A DNA stretch of 64,000 nt from IMG/VR virus record IMGVR_UViG_3300033075_001021. The stretch is one strand, 5' to 3'. Of the stretch, positions 19,831 to 29,651 are shown in pieces. Each line of letters opens with the position of its first letter. Position 1 is the stretch's first letter. The stretch comes from a virus (taxonomy: Duplodnaviria > Caudoviricetes). A program made the translations under genes and the position numbers. The notes under the pieces were generated by a model. It was not told where the DNA came from. It searched no databases and saw only the letters and a program-made list of their open reading frames with translations.

Positions 19831-20340
19831 TTAATGACAGTAACGGTCTCCCCCATATGAGGCGGCCCAACTTTCGGGCTTAATTTTGAACTCATATCCC
19901 ATACCAAGTATGTAACCAACAGCGTGGCTAAGAGCCTTGTTAGACTCCCACCTTGGGTCTGGATTAATGTCGGCGTGTATTTCCATCTTAACACCGTACT
20001 TTTCAAGGACAGGAGAAATTTCGTATGCTACTTCAATAGACTTACCTACTTCCATAATCATTCTTTCATTAACACCTTCCTTGTCCTTCTTGAAGGTATT
20101 CATGTGGTAAGTAGCAGAGATTATCTTACCACCTCTACCCACAGATACACCATCGCCAAGATTCTCCCTAACAGTAATCAATATTACTGTCGCAAACTTA
20201 TATCCTCTACCACTCCTTTGAGAGTCAGTACCTACGGAAATCCTTAATTCATGATTAAGGGCCATTTCTTCTTGAATCAAGTTGTCAAGATAATCGTTAA
20301 TTGGCATGTCAATTTTTTTGCCAGCTCTTTCCCACTTCAT
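19831..20340 (-). CDS. RNase H-like YkuK (DUF458) family protein
   Basis: VGTDSQ, ER...EV.KS, EIHADIN, KP.SWAAS...D. Confidence 0.8.
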   Translation of the reverse strand: MKWERAGKKIDMPINDYLDNLIQEEMALNHELRISVGTDSQRSGRGYKFATVILITVRENLGDGVSVGRGGKIISATYHMNTFKKDKEGVNERMIMEVGKSIEVAYEISPVLEKYGVKMEIHADINPDPRWESNKALSHAVGYILGMGYEFKIKPESWAASYGGDRYCH

Positions 20341-20370
20341 AGTTTTTGCTTTTGTTTTATATTTATTGTT

Positions 20371-20556
20371 ATGAAAAAATTACTATTCTTCTTATTGTCA
20401 ATAATACTGTTTAGCGCTTGTGTAACAGTTAAACCTACTACACCACCCCCAAAACCAACCGTAGTAATTTTAAAAAAAAGACATGTGCTTTTCTTTAATA
20501 AACACTACCGTTATTATAGACGAGTACAAAGAACAGAAATTATTATTATAAAGTAA
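20371..20556 (+). CDS. Small lipoprotein
   Basis: MKKLLFFLLSIILFSAC lipobox followed by a Pro-rich segment. Confidence 0.65.
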   Translation: MKKLLFFLLSIILFSACVTVKPTTPPPKPTVVILKKRHVLFFNKHYRYYRRVQRTEIIIIK

Positions 20557-20589
20557 AATGGCCCCCATTTCTGGAGACCATCATCATCT

Positions 20590-22011
20590 TTAAAACTTTG
20601 TTGAAGGAAGCAGCTCCCTCAACCTTTGATAATTTTCTTCTCCAATTTCTTCTCGTTTAATCGCAAGACGAAATAACGAGCCACCATTACTTTTATCCAA
20701 ATATGCAATCTCAGATGGAATACTTTCAATCGGATTCCCCGTTAGATTCATAAATATTAGTTTTTTAAGCCCACCAATCTCTTTCGGTAACGACTTAATT
20801 CTGTTATTCGTCAACACCAACATCTCAAGATTTGAGAGCGAACCAATAGACGGATGCAACTCAACCAGCTTGGCACCAGTAATAATTAATTGGTCCAATT
20901 GTTTATACCTGCTAAGGTCTGGCAATCTTGGTATTTCCCTTGTCATAAATGTTATTGTCGGTGTTTCAGGTTCAATAAATTCAAATAAGCTTTCGCAAAA
21001 TCCAAACTTAATTAATGCATCCAAGTACTTGTTGTTGTCCAAACCGCTTTTACAGTCTTTAGCCATGGCCATCAATTCCTCATAAAAGAAATTAGATAAT
21101 CCTTCGCTTTCATGAATTACGGTTTCAAATATACTTACGTTACTTGAATTATGTCTATCCTTTATCTGATTACTCTCAAAGTGAATTTGATATATCTCTT
21201 GAGACTCTCCAGTAAAGAACTTATTGTTGATTATTACATAAATATCCGACTTTTTACCATTAGGCTTTAATTGGTTGGTGTAACTGGTAAACATACTATT
21301 ACCTGGTCTTGCCGTACACCAGTTCGCAAATTTATTAAATACTGTCGCAGCATCAGTTGTTAATGGGATATAAAGCGTAAACTTTCTATCTCTCACGGGT
21401 ATCAATGCACTACCAATATTTACATATCGCTGTAACAATGATTCCATCTCAGTCGGGTCCCTTTCAATAAAGGGGTCAACCGCATCAAACAACTGTGATA
21501 ACGATTTGTACTGATTAATGTCTGTCGGGTCTTTAACATGCTTCAAAACATAAGACTTCTTACAAAACTCTTTAAACTTGTTCTTACGCTTATTTGCCTC
21601 AAACAATGAAATATAACTATTTGCTTGTGGCAAATCTTCACTAATGAACCTAATTGCCGCTTGAATATCATTCTCTTTCCCACTCTTAAGCAATCTTGTA
21701 AAAACGTTCAACATCCATTGAACACAAGATTTATTAGGTGTAGGGTCCGCAGCAATCACATCTGAAAAGACATCAAGACTAACAGATATGTTCCCCGTGG
21801 AACGTTCACCACCCTCTTTTAAGGGCGCAAAAGACATTATCGCTAAAAGTCTATCACCATTTTCATTGGTGTAAGCCTTGAATTCGTACCCGTCAGACTT
21901 CAGCTGATTGAATTTCTTATCAATCTCATCTCCTTGAGTATCAAATACATCGAACTTTTTAGCCAAAAATTCTATCCTATCGGCAATTTTAGTTTCAATC
22001 ATATTAATCAA
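20590..22011 (-). CDS. Protein with C-terminal leucine-rich repeats
   Basis: LHPSIGSLSNLEMLVLTNNRIKSLPKEIGGLKKLIFMNLTGNPIESIPSEI. Confidence 0.85.
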   Translation of the reverse strand: MINMIETKIADRIEFLAKKFDVFDTQGDEIDKKFNQLKSDGYEFKAYTNENGDRLLAIMSFAPLKEGGERSTGNISVSLDVFSDVIAADPTPNKSCVQWMLNVFTRLLKSGKENDIQAAIRFISEDLPQANSYISLFEANKRKNKFKEFCKKSYVLKHVKDPTDINQYKSLSQLFDAVDPFIERDPTEMESLLQRYVNIGSALIPVRDRKFTLYIPLTTDAATVFNKFANWCTARPGNSMFTSYTNQLKPNGKKSDIYVIINNKFFTGESQEIYQIHFESNQIKDRHNSSNVSIFETVIHESEGLSNFFYEELMAMAKDCKSGLDNNKYLDALIKFGFCESLFEFIEPETPTITFMTREIPRLPDLSRYKQLDQLIITGAKLVELHPSIGSLSNLEMLVLTNNRIKSLPKEIGGLKKLIFMNLTGNPIESIPSEIAYLDKSNGGSLFRLAIKREEIGEENYQRLRELLPSTKF

Positions 22012-22055
22012 TACAAAAGCAAATATACAAATTTTTTTTCAAAAGTCCAAAAATA

Positions 22056-22397
22056 TTACATGAATCTTTTAAAGAAATCCTCATCCAAATATTCCTCAAC
22101 TCTTTTTAAAAGAAATGTTACTAAAAAACTTAATTCGTCTTGGTTGTATCTAGACGCAATTTCTAGAAGTAAATAATTCGGGTCTTCCCCATCAGTCAAG
22201 CGATATTTTATCTCTTCAAAGTATTTACCATTATCTATTTGAAACAATTCTTTTATTATCAAATTATATGTTTCCCATCTTTCCTCTGTTTCCTCATTCA
22301 TCTCAACCAATAAATTATTGATTAATTTATTATACGCTTTATCTAAATTTGAGTTCTTACCTGACCCAGATTTTACAATGAAATCTATAAACGCCAT
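22056..22397 (-). CDS. Hypothetical protein, paralog of 22504..22824
   Basis: Shared TYN.II.EL...Y.LTD..DPN motif. Confidence 0.65.
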   Translation of the reverse strand: MAFIDFIVKSGSGKNSNLDKAYNKLINNLLVEMNEETEERWETYNLIIKELFQIDNGKYFEEIKYRLTDGEDPNYLLLEIASRYNQDELSFLVTFLLKRVEEYLDEDFFKRFM

Positions 22398-22429
22398 ACG
22401 AATGTTTTTTAATAAATGTTATGATATTA

Positions 22430-22453
22430 CATAACGAAGTTAACTTCGTTATG
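22430..22453. repeat. Perfect 24-bp palindrome
   Basis: CATAACGAAGTTAACTTCGTTATG. Confidence 0.9.
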
Positions 22454-22503
22454 ATGATACTTAAAAAGTTGACATGTTGAAATTGATTTTGTTTGAAGAA
22501 ACT

Positions 22504-22824
22504 TTAAAAGTTTTTTATTTTTTCGTAAAGCCTTTGTAACTCTGGTGAACGATGTTTCACCTTTCTTAGAACCTCAATACACGCTTTGTTTGGGTCTAAA
22601 TTATCTGTAAGTTTATATTGTAATTCTTTTACTCTTAAATTATCTTTGATTGAATGCTTAAGCTCTAAAATAACTTGATTATACGTTATCCAAGCTTTCT
22701 TATCGGTTAAATTTCCATCAGCCAGAGAATCGGTCACCTTATCTTCGTAAATGTGTTCCAAATGCGTTTCAAACTCACCATACTGAGATTTCAACGCTTC
22801 TCTTATTTTGGCTTTAATGTCCAT
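22504..22824 (-). CDS. Hypothetical protein, paralog of 22056..22397
   Basis: Shared motif as above. Confidence 0.65.
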   Translation of the reverse strand: MDIKAKIREALKSQYGEFETHLEHIYEDKVTDSLADGNLTDKKAWITYNQVILELKHSIKDNLRVKELQYKLTDNLDPNKACIEVLRKVKHRSPELQRLYEKIKNF

Positions 22825-22825
22825 A

Positions 22826-23170
22826 CTAATTCATTGATACATTCCTCGATAATTGATTACCTTTTAGTGTGCCAAACGCCCAATCTTTAATAACTTGTTG
22901 CGTAAAATCATCACTAGTGCCGTATTTCTTTTTCATGTATTCAAACAATTCCCCAGCACTTATTTGATTTCCGTCAACCACAACCTCAAACATCGGAACA
23001 TCACGATATTCACCATCTTCACGTATAGCAGCAACCATTGGTTTGTAATTCTTTGACAAATCATTAACCATGGTTTTAACCATATTTTCATAAACAGAGT
23101 TTTCATTAAGATGCTCTCTTAATAAATTAAACTGCCTTTCTGTTATAATCATTTTAACACCCATATTCAT
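22826..23170 (-). CDS. Hypothetical late protein
   Basis: MIITERQFNLL...LNE leader. Confidence 0.6.
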   Translation of the reverse strand: MNMGVKMIITERQFNLLREHLNENSVYENMVKTMVNDLSKNYKPMVAAIREDGEYRDVPMFEVVVDGNQISAGELFEYMKKKYGTSDDFTQQVIKDWAFGTLKGNQLSRNVSMN

Positions 23171-23216
23171 AAATATCTTGCAATAACAAAAAAGAGCTGC
23201 GGATGCAGCTCAATTT

Positions 23217-23531
23217 TTAAGATTTTAATTCCGCAATTTGCGCCTTTAGTGCGCTTTTTGAGGTTACCCCTTTAATTCGCTTAACCTCCTCTCCATTCTT
23301 AAAAAAGATGATTGTTGGTATACTTGAAACCATGAATTTTAATGAGGATTCTGGGTTTCCATCAACGTTTAACTTACCAACACTTACACCTTCTTCTTCA
23401 GATGCTAATTGGTCAATAACTGGCCCCATCATTCTGCAAGGACCACACCATTCTGCCCAGAAATCAACTACTGCGATTTCATTTTGGGCCAAAACTTCAT
23501 TTAAGTTTTTGTCTGTAATTTCTAATGCCAT
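23217..23531 (-). CDS. trxA: Thioredoxin
   Basis: VDFWAEWCGPC, SIPT; start reassigned to MALEITD. Confidence 0.95.
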   Translation of the reverse strand: MALEITDKNLNEVLAQNEIAVVDFWAEWCGPCRMMGPVIDQLASEEEGVSVGKLNVDGNPESSLKFMVSSIPTIIFFKNGEEVKRIKGVTSKSALKAQIAELKS

Positions 23532-23574
23532 TGTTTTTTGTTTTAATATAATTATTGATTTATAAAAATAAATA

Positions 23575-23883
23575 TCAGTTAAAAGAGTTCTTGAAAAATT
23601 CAAACGATAATCTTACCACATATTCAAGCTCAACGTACTTTTCCGTTAAAAAAAAATCGGCAATGTATTTTGTACTTTCTTCTGGTGTTAAAGCATAGAT
23701 TTCCGATAAATAATCATCAATTTCATAGATTATGCGCAAATCACCCCTACTCAAGTCTTCCATTTCCATATTCGCCTTTAGCGTCCTACAAAACCCAATA
23801 TATGTTGAATAATAGGAATTTTTAAACAGCTCCAGCGATTTCTCACAAATACTTAAAAATATATAGTTGTCTAACCTGTTCAT
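23575..23883 (-). CDS. Hypothetical protein
   Basis: 102 aa ORF. Confidence 0.5.
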   Translation of the reverse strand: MNRLDNYIFLSICEKSLELFKNSYYSTYIGFCRTLKANMEMEDLSRGDLRIIYEIDDYLSEIYALTPEESTKYIADFFLTEKYVELEYVVRLSFEFFKNSFN

Positions 23884-23909
23884 TTTATACCTAAACGCTA
23901 TTTATCAGT

Positions 23910-24155
23910 ATGACTGACATTGAAAAAGATATGATGCTGAAATTTCTACAAAGAAATTACCCCACTCATAGGTTAAAACACAACATGCGGTTTAAAAGAA
24001 CCATTGTCCTTGATGATGGACAATACTACTTCTTAAGCGATAAAGAACACCAAGCTAGGTTATTTTACAACCTTTTGGATACCCTTAGAATTATATTTTA
24101 CCCTGACGAGGACCTAAACCGCATCGTTGTAAAAGAATTCTTGCACCTAAAATAA
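23910..24155 (+). CDS. Hypothetical protein
   Basis: 81 aa, TATTTAT upstream. Confidence 0.55.
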   Translation: MTDIEKDMMLKFLQRNYPTHRLKHNMRFKRTIVLDDGQYYFLSDKEHQARLFYNLLDTLRIIFYPDEDLNRIVVKEFLHLK

Positions 24156-24305
24156 TCCTATTCTTAAAACTCAAAAGGACTGGCAAAATACCAATCCCGT
24201 AAATTATCGAGGGGTGCCCATCACCACAAATACCAAAAATATGTTTAAGAATTTCTACCATCTTTTTTTGCAACAAAGATACAAAAAAAAGATGAAAAAT
24301 GCAAA

Positions 24306-24746
24306 TTAAAAACTCTGAATTTCTATCGGCTTAACATCACCAAATTGTGACATTAAGCTTTCAGCCTTTTCTTGAACCTCAGCCAAACCCATCACAATCA
24401 AACTTAACGGATTAATCTTATTCGTCACCGTTTCAGCAATATCCCAAATTTCCAAGTCAAAGTTGTCGTCTTCACCACCAATAAGATTCTGGTCCCAAAG
24501 ATTTTCAATGTTACGCCTAGCAACATCAACATCATTTTCAATTTTATCAAGTGCCTTTTGTATCTGGTCAATGTTTATACTACCAGACACAATATCTGAC
24601 ACAGATGCATTGATAACACTGGAATACAGCTTATTTACCTCTTGTACTTTTTGGGAACAAAAGCTTTTGAATTGAGCTAAATACTCTTGCTGCTCAAGAA
24701 CTAAACGGATTTTCGAGTATTGGTTTTCGGTAATTCTTATCTTCAT
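24306..24746 (-). CDS. Hypothetical late protein
   Basis: MKIRITENQY leader, ATATTTAT motif upstream. Confidence 0.6.
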   Translation of the reverse strand: MKIRITENQYSKIRLVLEQQEYLAQFKSFCSQKVQEVNKLYSSVINASVSDIVSGSINIDQIQKALDKIENDVDVARRNIENLWDQNLIGGEDDNFDLEIWDIAETVTNKINPLSLIVMGLAEVQEKAESLMSQFGDVKPIEIQSF

Positions 24747-24805
24747 AAAACGACGTTTTTAATAAATATTTGACTTATTCAAAAAATAAAGTTATATTTA
24801 TTAAT

Positions 24806-25315
24806 ATGGCAAATTATAATTTTAGAGAAGATATCATTCTTGGTGAAGAAGGCGAACAAGTTATGGTTAATGACCTTATCTCAATGGGCGCAACATATAA
24901 CTCAAATAACAAAACTAACACCCATGACGTAATTGTTACATTTAAAGGTAAAGACATTCGATATGAGTGTAAAACCGATTTTTTTGATGATACTGGTAAT
25001 ATGTTTATTGAAACAAAATGTCGTGGCAATGCCGCTGGAATTGAAGTAACACAAGCTGACTGGTTTGTAACCTACTTCAAAAAATTAAATGAAATTTGGT
25101 ACATTAAAGTTGACAAGCTTAAAAAAATCCTTACCGAACATGAACACAAAAAGGCTACTCAATGTGGTGATAACGGGAGCAACACCGAAGGAATCCTCTT
25201 AAACAAGAACATGTTTAGAGACGAATTTATTGTCAGAGACCCAATAAAACACGTAGAAATAATTAGAAGATGGCAAAAAAAGTATCAAAAGAAACTAAAC
25301 TCGAAATCGAACTAG
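24806..25315 (+). CDS. PD-(D/E)XK nuclease-like protein
   Basis: HDVIV...YECKTD...TGNMFIE. Confidence 0.65.
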   Translation: MANYNFREDIILGEEGEQVMVNDLISMGATYNSNNKTNTHDVIVTFKGKDIRYECKTDFFDDTGNMFIETKCRGNAAGIEVTQADWFVTYFKKLNEIWYIKVDKLKKILTEHEHKKATQCGDNGSNTEGILLNKNMFRDEFIVRDPIKHVEIIRRWQKKYQKKLNSKSN

Positions 25316-25845
25316 TCCCATCTACTTGCCACTACTCAAACGCTCGGACAATACTCAAAACAAAGCTATGGAACAAACTTCGTTTCATGGTATATGAAAG
25401 AGCTGAGCATAAATGTGAAATCTGTGGAGAAACTGGACTTGAACAAGGATATAACCACAAACTAGAATGTCATGAAATCTGGAAGTATGATGATACACGA
25501 CTAATTCAAAAACTGGTTGGCTTGATAGCCCTTTGCCCATTATGTCACCAAGCAAAACATATCGGCAGGTCATTTGCCATGGGTAGACAAGATATTGCCA
25601 TCAATAAACTAATGACAGTAAATAATTGGTCCGAAAAAAAGACACATGAAATAATTAGCGAAGCCTTTGAAATAAACAAAGAAAGGTCCAAACATAACTG
25701 GAAATTAGACCTCTCCTTGTTAACAAAACCACCCTATAATCTTGATATAAAACCGAAACCAATAAAGCGTGTCAAGAAAAAACCAGCCTTCAAAAAACGC
25801 AAAAAGAAAAAGACTAAGCTTAACTCAAGACCCAAAAGAAAATAG
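25270..25845 (+). CDS. HNH nuclease
   Basis: CEICG...CHEIW...LCPLCHQAKH. Confidence 0.75.
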   Translation: MAKKVSKETKLEIELVPSTCHYSNARTILKTKLWNKLRFMVYERAEHKCEICGETGLEQGYNHKLECHEIWKYDDTRLIQKLVGLIALCPLCHQAKHIGRSFAMGRQDIAINKLMTVNNWSEKKTHEIISEAFEINKERSKHNWKLDLSLLTKPPYNLDIKPKPIKRVKKKPAFKKRKKKKTKLNSRPKRK

Positions 25846-25846
25846 T

Positions 25847-26083
25847 TTACTTTTTTGTCTCCTTCTCAACAGTTTTTGTTTGCTTAAACAATAACCCACA
25901 TAAAAGATACAGCGCCAACGCTTGGAAATATGTTATTTCTGGTAACTTAAATAAAGCTGGCATCACATAATCCCAACACCACATTACTGGAAAGGCTAGG
26001 ATAATACCAAACCCAAACAACATAAAAATCAAGACACCAAATAAGGTTAATAACCCCGTCAAAAATTCTAATAGACTTTTCAT
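25847..26083 (-). CDS. Small membrane protein
   Basis: Two hydrophobic segments. Confidence 0.65.
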   Translation of the reverse strand: MKSLLEFLTGLLTLFGVLIFMLFGFGIILAFPVMWCWDYVMPALFKLPEITYFQALALYLLCGLLFKQTKTVEKETKK

Positions 26084-26087
26084 ATTC

Positions 26088-26993
26088 TTAGTTTAAATTT
26101 TCAGCTTCAAGCTCAATCCTTGTCGTAATATCCGACAACTGAGCATAACGTTCAACAATATATGGGATAATGTCTAATCCCTCAGAAAAACGTATAATGT
26201 ATTCATACACACCAATGATTGTACCAGCTGTGATAACACCCGTTGTCGTAGATAAAACAATCAATGATGCCAATATCATAATCAATGACAAAACCTCCAT
26301 GGAACCAAAACTATACGCATCTTGATTTGACTTCTTAATGTCCAAATTACGTAGAGCGTTGTAATGATTCTCAATTGCCTCAGAATTCCCGCTAGATATA
26401 ATATCAACTTGCTTCTCAAATTCATTATTATATCCAGTAGTCAATTTCATGATACGTTTACCAAAAAATCGACTAACAATAATTACAGGTAACAAAATGA
26501 ATAAACAAATACATGTGACATACCAACTATAAAAGAATAACATCACAACCGCCCCAATCACCGTAAACAACCCATACATCACATTGGCTAAATCATATTC
26601 TAGAAAATTTACAAATTCCTTGGCCAATACCGAATGAGCATTTAACTTTGATACATCTTTTTGCTGAATATCTTTAACTGATAAAAACTTGGTCACCAAA
26701 TCCGTATAGATTTTAGTGTAAACCTTGGTGTCAAGCATTCGCCTAAACATGCTCACAAAAATCCTCACAAAATAAAATGAACAGAAAACAATAAATCCAT
26801 AATAAGATTTATTAATCAAATCATCAACAGCATTACCCAATAAGTAGGGCGACAATAAATGGGATAGTATTTCAAGAGCAAATAAAAAATATGTGACAAT
26901 AATGCCAACCTTATTTTTTAAGAATAGCTTACTTAAAAGACTAAATTTTTTATACCTGCTCATATTATTCATCAAGTCTAAAGCTCTCGTCAT
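26088..26993 (-). CDS. ABC-exporter six-transmembrane domain protein with no fused ATPase
   Basis: PYLLGNAVD, about 6 TM helices, ITAGTIIG. Confidence 0.7.
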   Translation of the reverse strand: MTRALDLMNNMSRYKKFSLLSKLFLKNKVGIIVTYFLFALEILSHLLSPYLLGNAVDDLINKSYYGFIVFCSFYFVRIFVSMFRRMLDTKVYTKIYTDLVTKFLSVKDIQQKDVSKLNAHSVLAKEFVNFLEYDLANVMYGLFTVIGAVVMLFFYSWYVTCICLFILLPVIIVSRFFGKRIMKLTTGYNNEFEKQVDIISSGNSEAIENHYNALRNLDIKKSNQDAYSFGSMEVLSLIMILASLIVLSTTTGVITAGTIIGVYEYIIRFSEGLDIIPYIVERYAQLSDITTRIELEAENLN

Positions 26994-27330
26994 TAATCAT
27001 TTCACAAATAACCTTCTCAAGCTCCAGTTTAACTGGATAATCCATCTTTGTCACCAAAGATAAACTCCTTAACCGATATAGACTTATCATCGGCTCGTCA
27101 GTCGGTTTAGTCTTTTTCGGCTTTTGCTTAATCTCTTTAGGGGCCTCTTCAACAACAACTCCAGCCAATTGCTTGTATAATTCCTCAATACCAATTGACA
27201 AAATACCAGACTTCATCCCCTTTAATTTAAAGGTTATTTGCTGGTCAGCTGTGAGCGTTACTTGAACTTCTCGACCATCCACTTTTACTGTGGATTCACG
27301 TGTAATGTCTTTGTCTAAAATTGTTGCCAT
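26965..27330 (-). CDS. Hypothetical protein
   Basis: 121 aa ORF in operon. Confidence 0.6.
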   Translation of the reverse strand: MATILDKDITRESTVKVDGREVQVTLTADQQITFKLKGMKSGILSIGIEELYKQLAGVVVEEAPKEIKQKPKKTKPTDEPMISLYRLRSLSLVTKMDYPVKLELEKVICEMINDESFRLDE

Positions 27331-27333
27331 AAT

Positions 27334-27627
27334 TTATCGTAATTCAAATGTTATTTCGTTATCAATAAAACTTTTATCCAAATATATCGGAACCATCCAA
27401 GGTTTACCTTGATATATTTCCTTTCGCTCAGTCTTTAACGGAACACCGCCAACCGTACCTATCGACAACCCCCAGAATAAATTCTCATGCAATTCTTGAG
27501 GTAACGATTCCTTAAGTAATATCTCACCTAGTCTGTGAAGCCCACCACTTTTAATGGCGGCTTCACGATGCTCAGGTGTTATCTTAATGGTTATCGGAAA
27601 CAACTGTCGTATTTCCTTTGTAGTCAT
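27334..27627 (-). CDS. Hypothetical protein
   Basis: 97 aa ORF in operon. Confidence 0.6.
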   Translation of the reverse strand: MTTKEIRQLFPITIKITPEHREAAIKSGGLHRLGEILLKESLPQELHENLFWGLSIGTVGGVPLKTERKEIYQGKPWMVPIYLDKSFIDNEITFELR

Positions 27628-27644
27628 AACCTTAAAATTAAAAA

Positions 27645-28556
27645 TTAAAAATCAATGTTTCCTTGGTTCACGTTGAATGCAAAGATACCTAAATTATTCC
27701 ACATTTCCAAAACTTGTAAACGGTCATCATAAACACATAACACATTGTACTTGTCTTGAAGATGCGTTTCATAGATTTCTCGCTTCACTACGGTATCTTT
27801 CCTTTGGTCATCCTTCGGGCGCATATACAATTCATCAAAATGAATATCATGAAACCTCAACCACTCTTGTGTCTCTTCTCTACATACCTCATCACGACCA
27901 CTTACAAGAATTATCTTACGCCCCAGATTCTTATGAAACTTTACTTGCTCAGCCACAATATTATTCACATCATCAACATAAACCCTTTTCCAATCAAATG
28001 GCCCACGCTTACCCATAAGAGCTAAAGTACCGTCAATATCAAATACCACGGCATCTTCTAATTCCGAATTGAAATCGGGAACCACCGCTGGACGCTGTTC
28101 AATCTTCTTCACAGGCTGAAAATCAAACGAATCAATGAGAACTTTATAACTCTCGTACATCTTCCTTATCACACCTTCACCAACCTTTGCCTCCCTTGAA
28201 TTATCACGCTCGATAGCCTTATTCAAAGAAACGTCAAATACTTGATAGTCAATATCTGCTTGGTATTTAAACCGTTCAACAATCTCATCAATATACTTGC
28301 GCTTAAGATTGGTATTATCTACAATGACATTCAATCTCTTCATAAGTGCCGATTCAATAACCTTAAAGGTCAACGACGTAATCATATCCTCAATCTTATT
28401 CTCACACATAGCAGCGTCCTTTAACATGCTCCTGAAGTCATCACGGTTAACCCTGACATAGTTTGCATGTTTACGTACATACTCCTTCGCCCATGTGGAT
28501 TTACCACTGGCTGGAATACCAATCAATATCAATATTTTTAAATTATCCTTTTTCAT
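27645..28556 (-). CDS. pseT: Polynucleotide 5'-kinase/3'-phosphatase (T4 PseT-like)
   Basis: GIPASGKSTWA, NRDD.R, DNTN; HAD DIDGTL, SGR, DDR. Confidence 0.9.
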   Translation of the reverse strand: MKKDNLKILILIGIPASGKSTWAKEYVRKHANYVRVNRDDFRSMLKDAAMCENKIEDMITSLTFKVIESALMKRLNVIVDNTNLKRKYIDEIVERFKYQADIDYQVFDVSLNKAIERDNSREAKVGEGVIRKMYESYKVLIDSFDFQPVKKIEQRPAVVPDFNSELEDAVVFDIDGTLALMGKRGPFDWKRVYVDDVNNIVAEQVKFHKNLGRKIILVSGRDEVCREETQEWLRFHDIHFDELYMRPKDDQRKDTVVKREIYETHLQDKYNVLCVYDDRLQVLEMWNNLGIFAFNVNQGNIDF

Positions 28557-28716
28557 TATTCAAAATTTCAAATCGGTCTTTAAAATCTTTCTCAGTAAAC
28601 CAATTATCACAATTAACACCCTTTTCGGTTAGTTTTGTTTGTGTAACCAAATAGGAATTTGTTGTTTTATTGATAACTGTTTCTATCTTACCCGTTTTTT
28701 TATCCTTGACTTTCAT
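28543..28716 (-). CDS. Small hypothetical protein (57 aa, not in ORF track)
   Basis: MKVKDKKTGKIETV...; overlaps both neighbours. Confidence 0.55.
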   Translation of the reverse strand: MKVKDKKTGKIETVINKTTNSYLVTQTKLTEKGVNCDNWFTEKDFKDRFEILNNEKG

Positions 28717-29030
28717 TACTTTAAGTTTTGTGAATCAATATATGCTTTAGACTTTGAACTGCCAATCTTAGCGTATAAATCATTCGGATGAAAACCAACA
28801 ACAGCATGACCAGTCCTATGATATTCCTCACACATCAAATGATGCGTTTCACATACTGTGATACCATTGCTTATTGCATAACCACCATTCGGCATGTCAT
28901 GTCGGTCTGTGATATGATGAACATCTAAATCAGTATCCTCCACACAAAATACACACTTGTGACCATCACGCTCCAAACATTTTTCGTTGAATTCTTTACG
29001 CCAACGCTTATGGTCTTGTTTCGCACTCAT
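28716..29030 (-). CDS. Small HNH nuclease
   Basis: RDGHKCVFC..VHHI..NGITVC..HH. Confidence 0.75.
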   Translation of the reverse strand: MSAKQDHKRWRKEFNEKCLERDGHKCVFCVEDTDLDVHHITDRHDMPNGGYAISNGITVCETHHLMCEEYHRTGHAVVGFHPNDLYAKIGSSKSKAYIDSQNLK

Positions 29031-29434
29031 TATAAAAGTTTTAAATGCCCCGTAATCTTATCAATTTCATCACTCCATGCTGGACCAATAGCACAACAAG
29101 TCTTGGTTGGAACACCATTGAATTCGGTTGCACCAGCATCAACAATTAATGCCGATGTTAACTTTGCAGCCTTAGCCTTGTTAAAAATCTCCAACAACTC
29201 AGCCTCTGAATCAACACTCACACAAACCTTGGTGAACCTACCCTCAATCCAATCCTCCATAGCACTGTTGTCATCAAGCTTTAATACCATGGAATTTTCT
29301 TTTGGCATAAACTTCATGCTATCCAATACAGCTTTCATAGATGCATGGGCACCTTGGGCAACCATCTTACCCTTGCGCATGTTGAGGTCTTTCCTCATTA
29401 CAATAACTTGTTTACTGGTTCTCATCGATTTCAA
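29030..29434 (-). CDS. pth2: Peptidyl-tRNA hydrolase, Pth2 type
   Basis: KQVIVMRKDLNMRKGK..AQGAHA, DAGATE, T..AIGP. Confidence 0.92.
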   Translation of the reverse strand: MKSMRTSKQVIVMRKDLNMRKGKMVAQGAHASMKAVLDSMKFMPKENSMVLKLDDNSAMEDWIEGRFTKVCVSVDSEAELLEIFNKAKAAKLTSALIVDAGATEFNGVPTKTCCAIGPAWSDEIDKITGHLKLL

Positions 29435-29651
29435 ATGTTTTGATTCTTATTAATTTACCACAGTCATCACACACTTCAGCTGGCTCAATATAACCTATAC
29501 GCCAAGACCAATTGGTATCTATGATATGCTCATGTGGACATATTTCTCTAAGCTGTTTAAGCCCCTCTTCAGCTAATTCAATTTGAGTAAATAATTTATC
29601 ACGCCTTTGTTTTATCTCTTCACTTGTCATAATAGTAAACTTTAAAACCAA
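29412..29651 (-). CDS. Small zinc-binding hypothetical protein
   Basis: CPH...CDDCG. Confidence 0.55.
   Translation of the reverse strand: MVLKFTIMTSEEIKQRRDKLFTQIELAEEGLKQLREICPHEHIIDTNWSWRIGYIEPAEVCDDCGKLIRIKTFEIDENQ

Noticed and set aside
22430-22453. loxP-like site
   Set aside because: Shares only TAACTTCGT with a loxP arm; the arms overlap with no 8-bp spacer and no recombinase gene is nearby.
23648-23656. Third 9-nt slippery run
   Set aside because: The -1 frame hits TGA within five codons, so no meaningful extension results.
24806-29030. 3'-swap architecture around the nucleases at 24806, 25270 and 28716
   Set aside because: No duplicated gene ends were found on their flanks; they look like resident genes.
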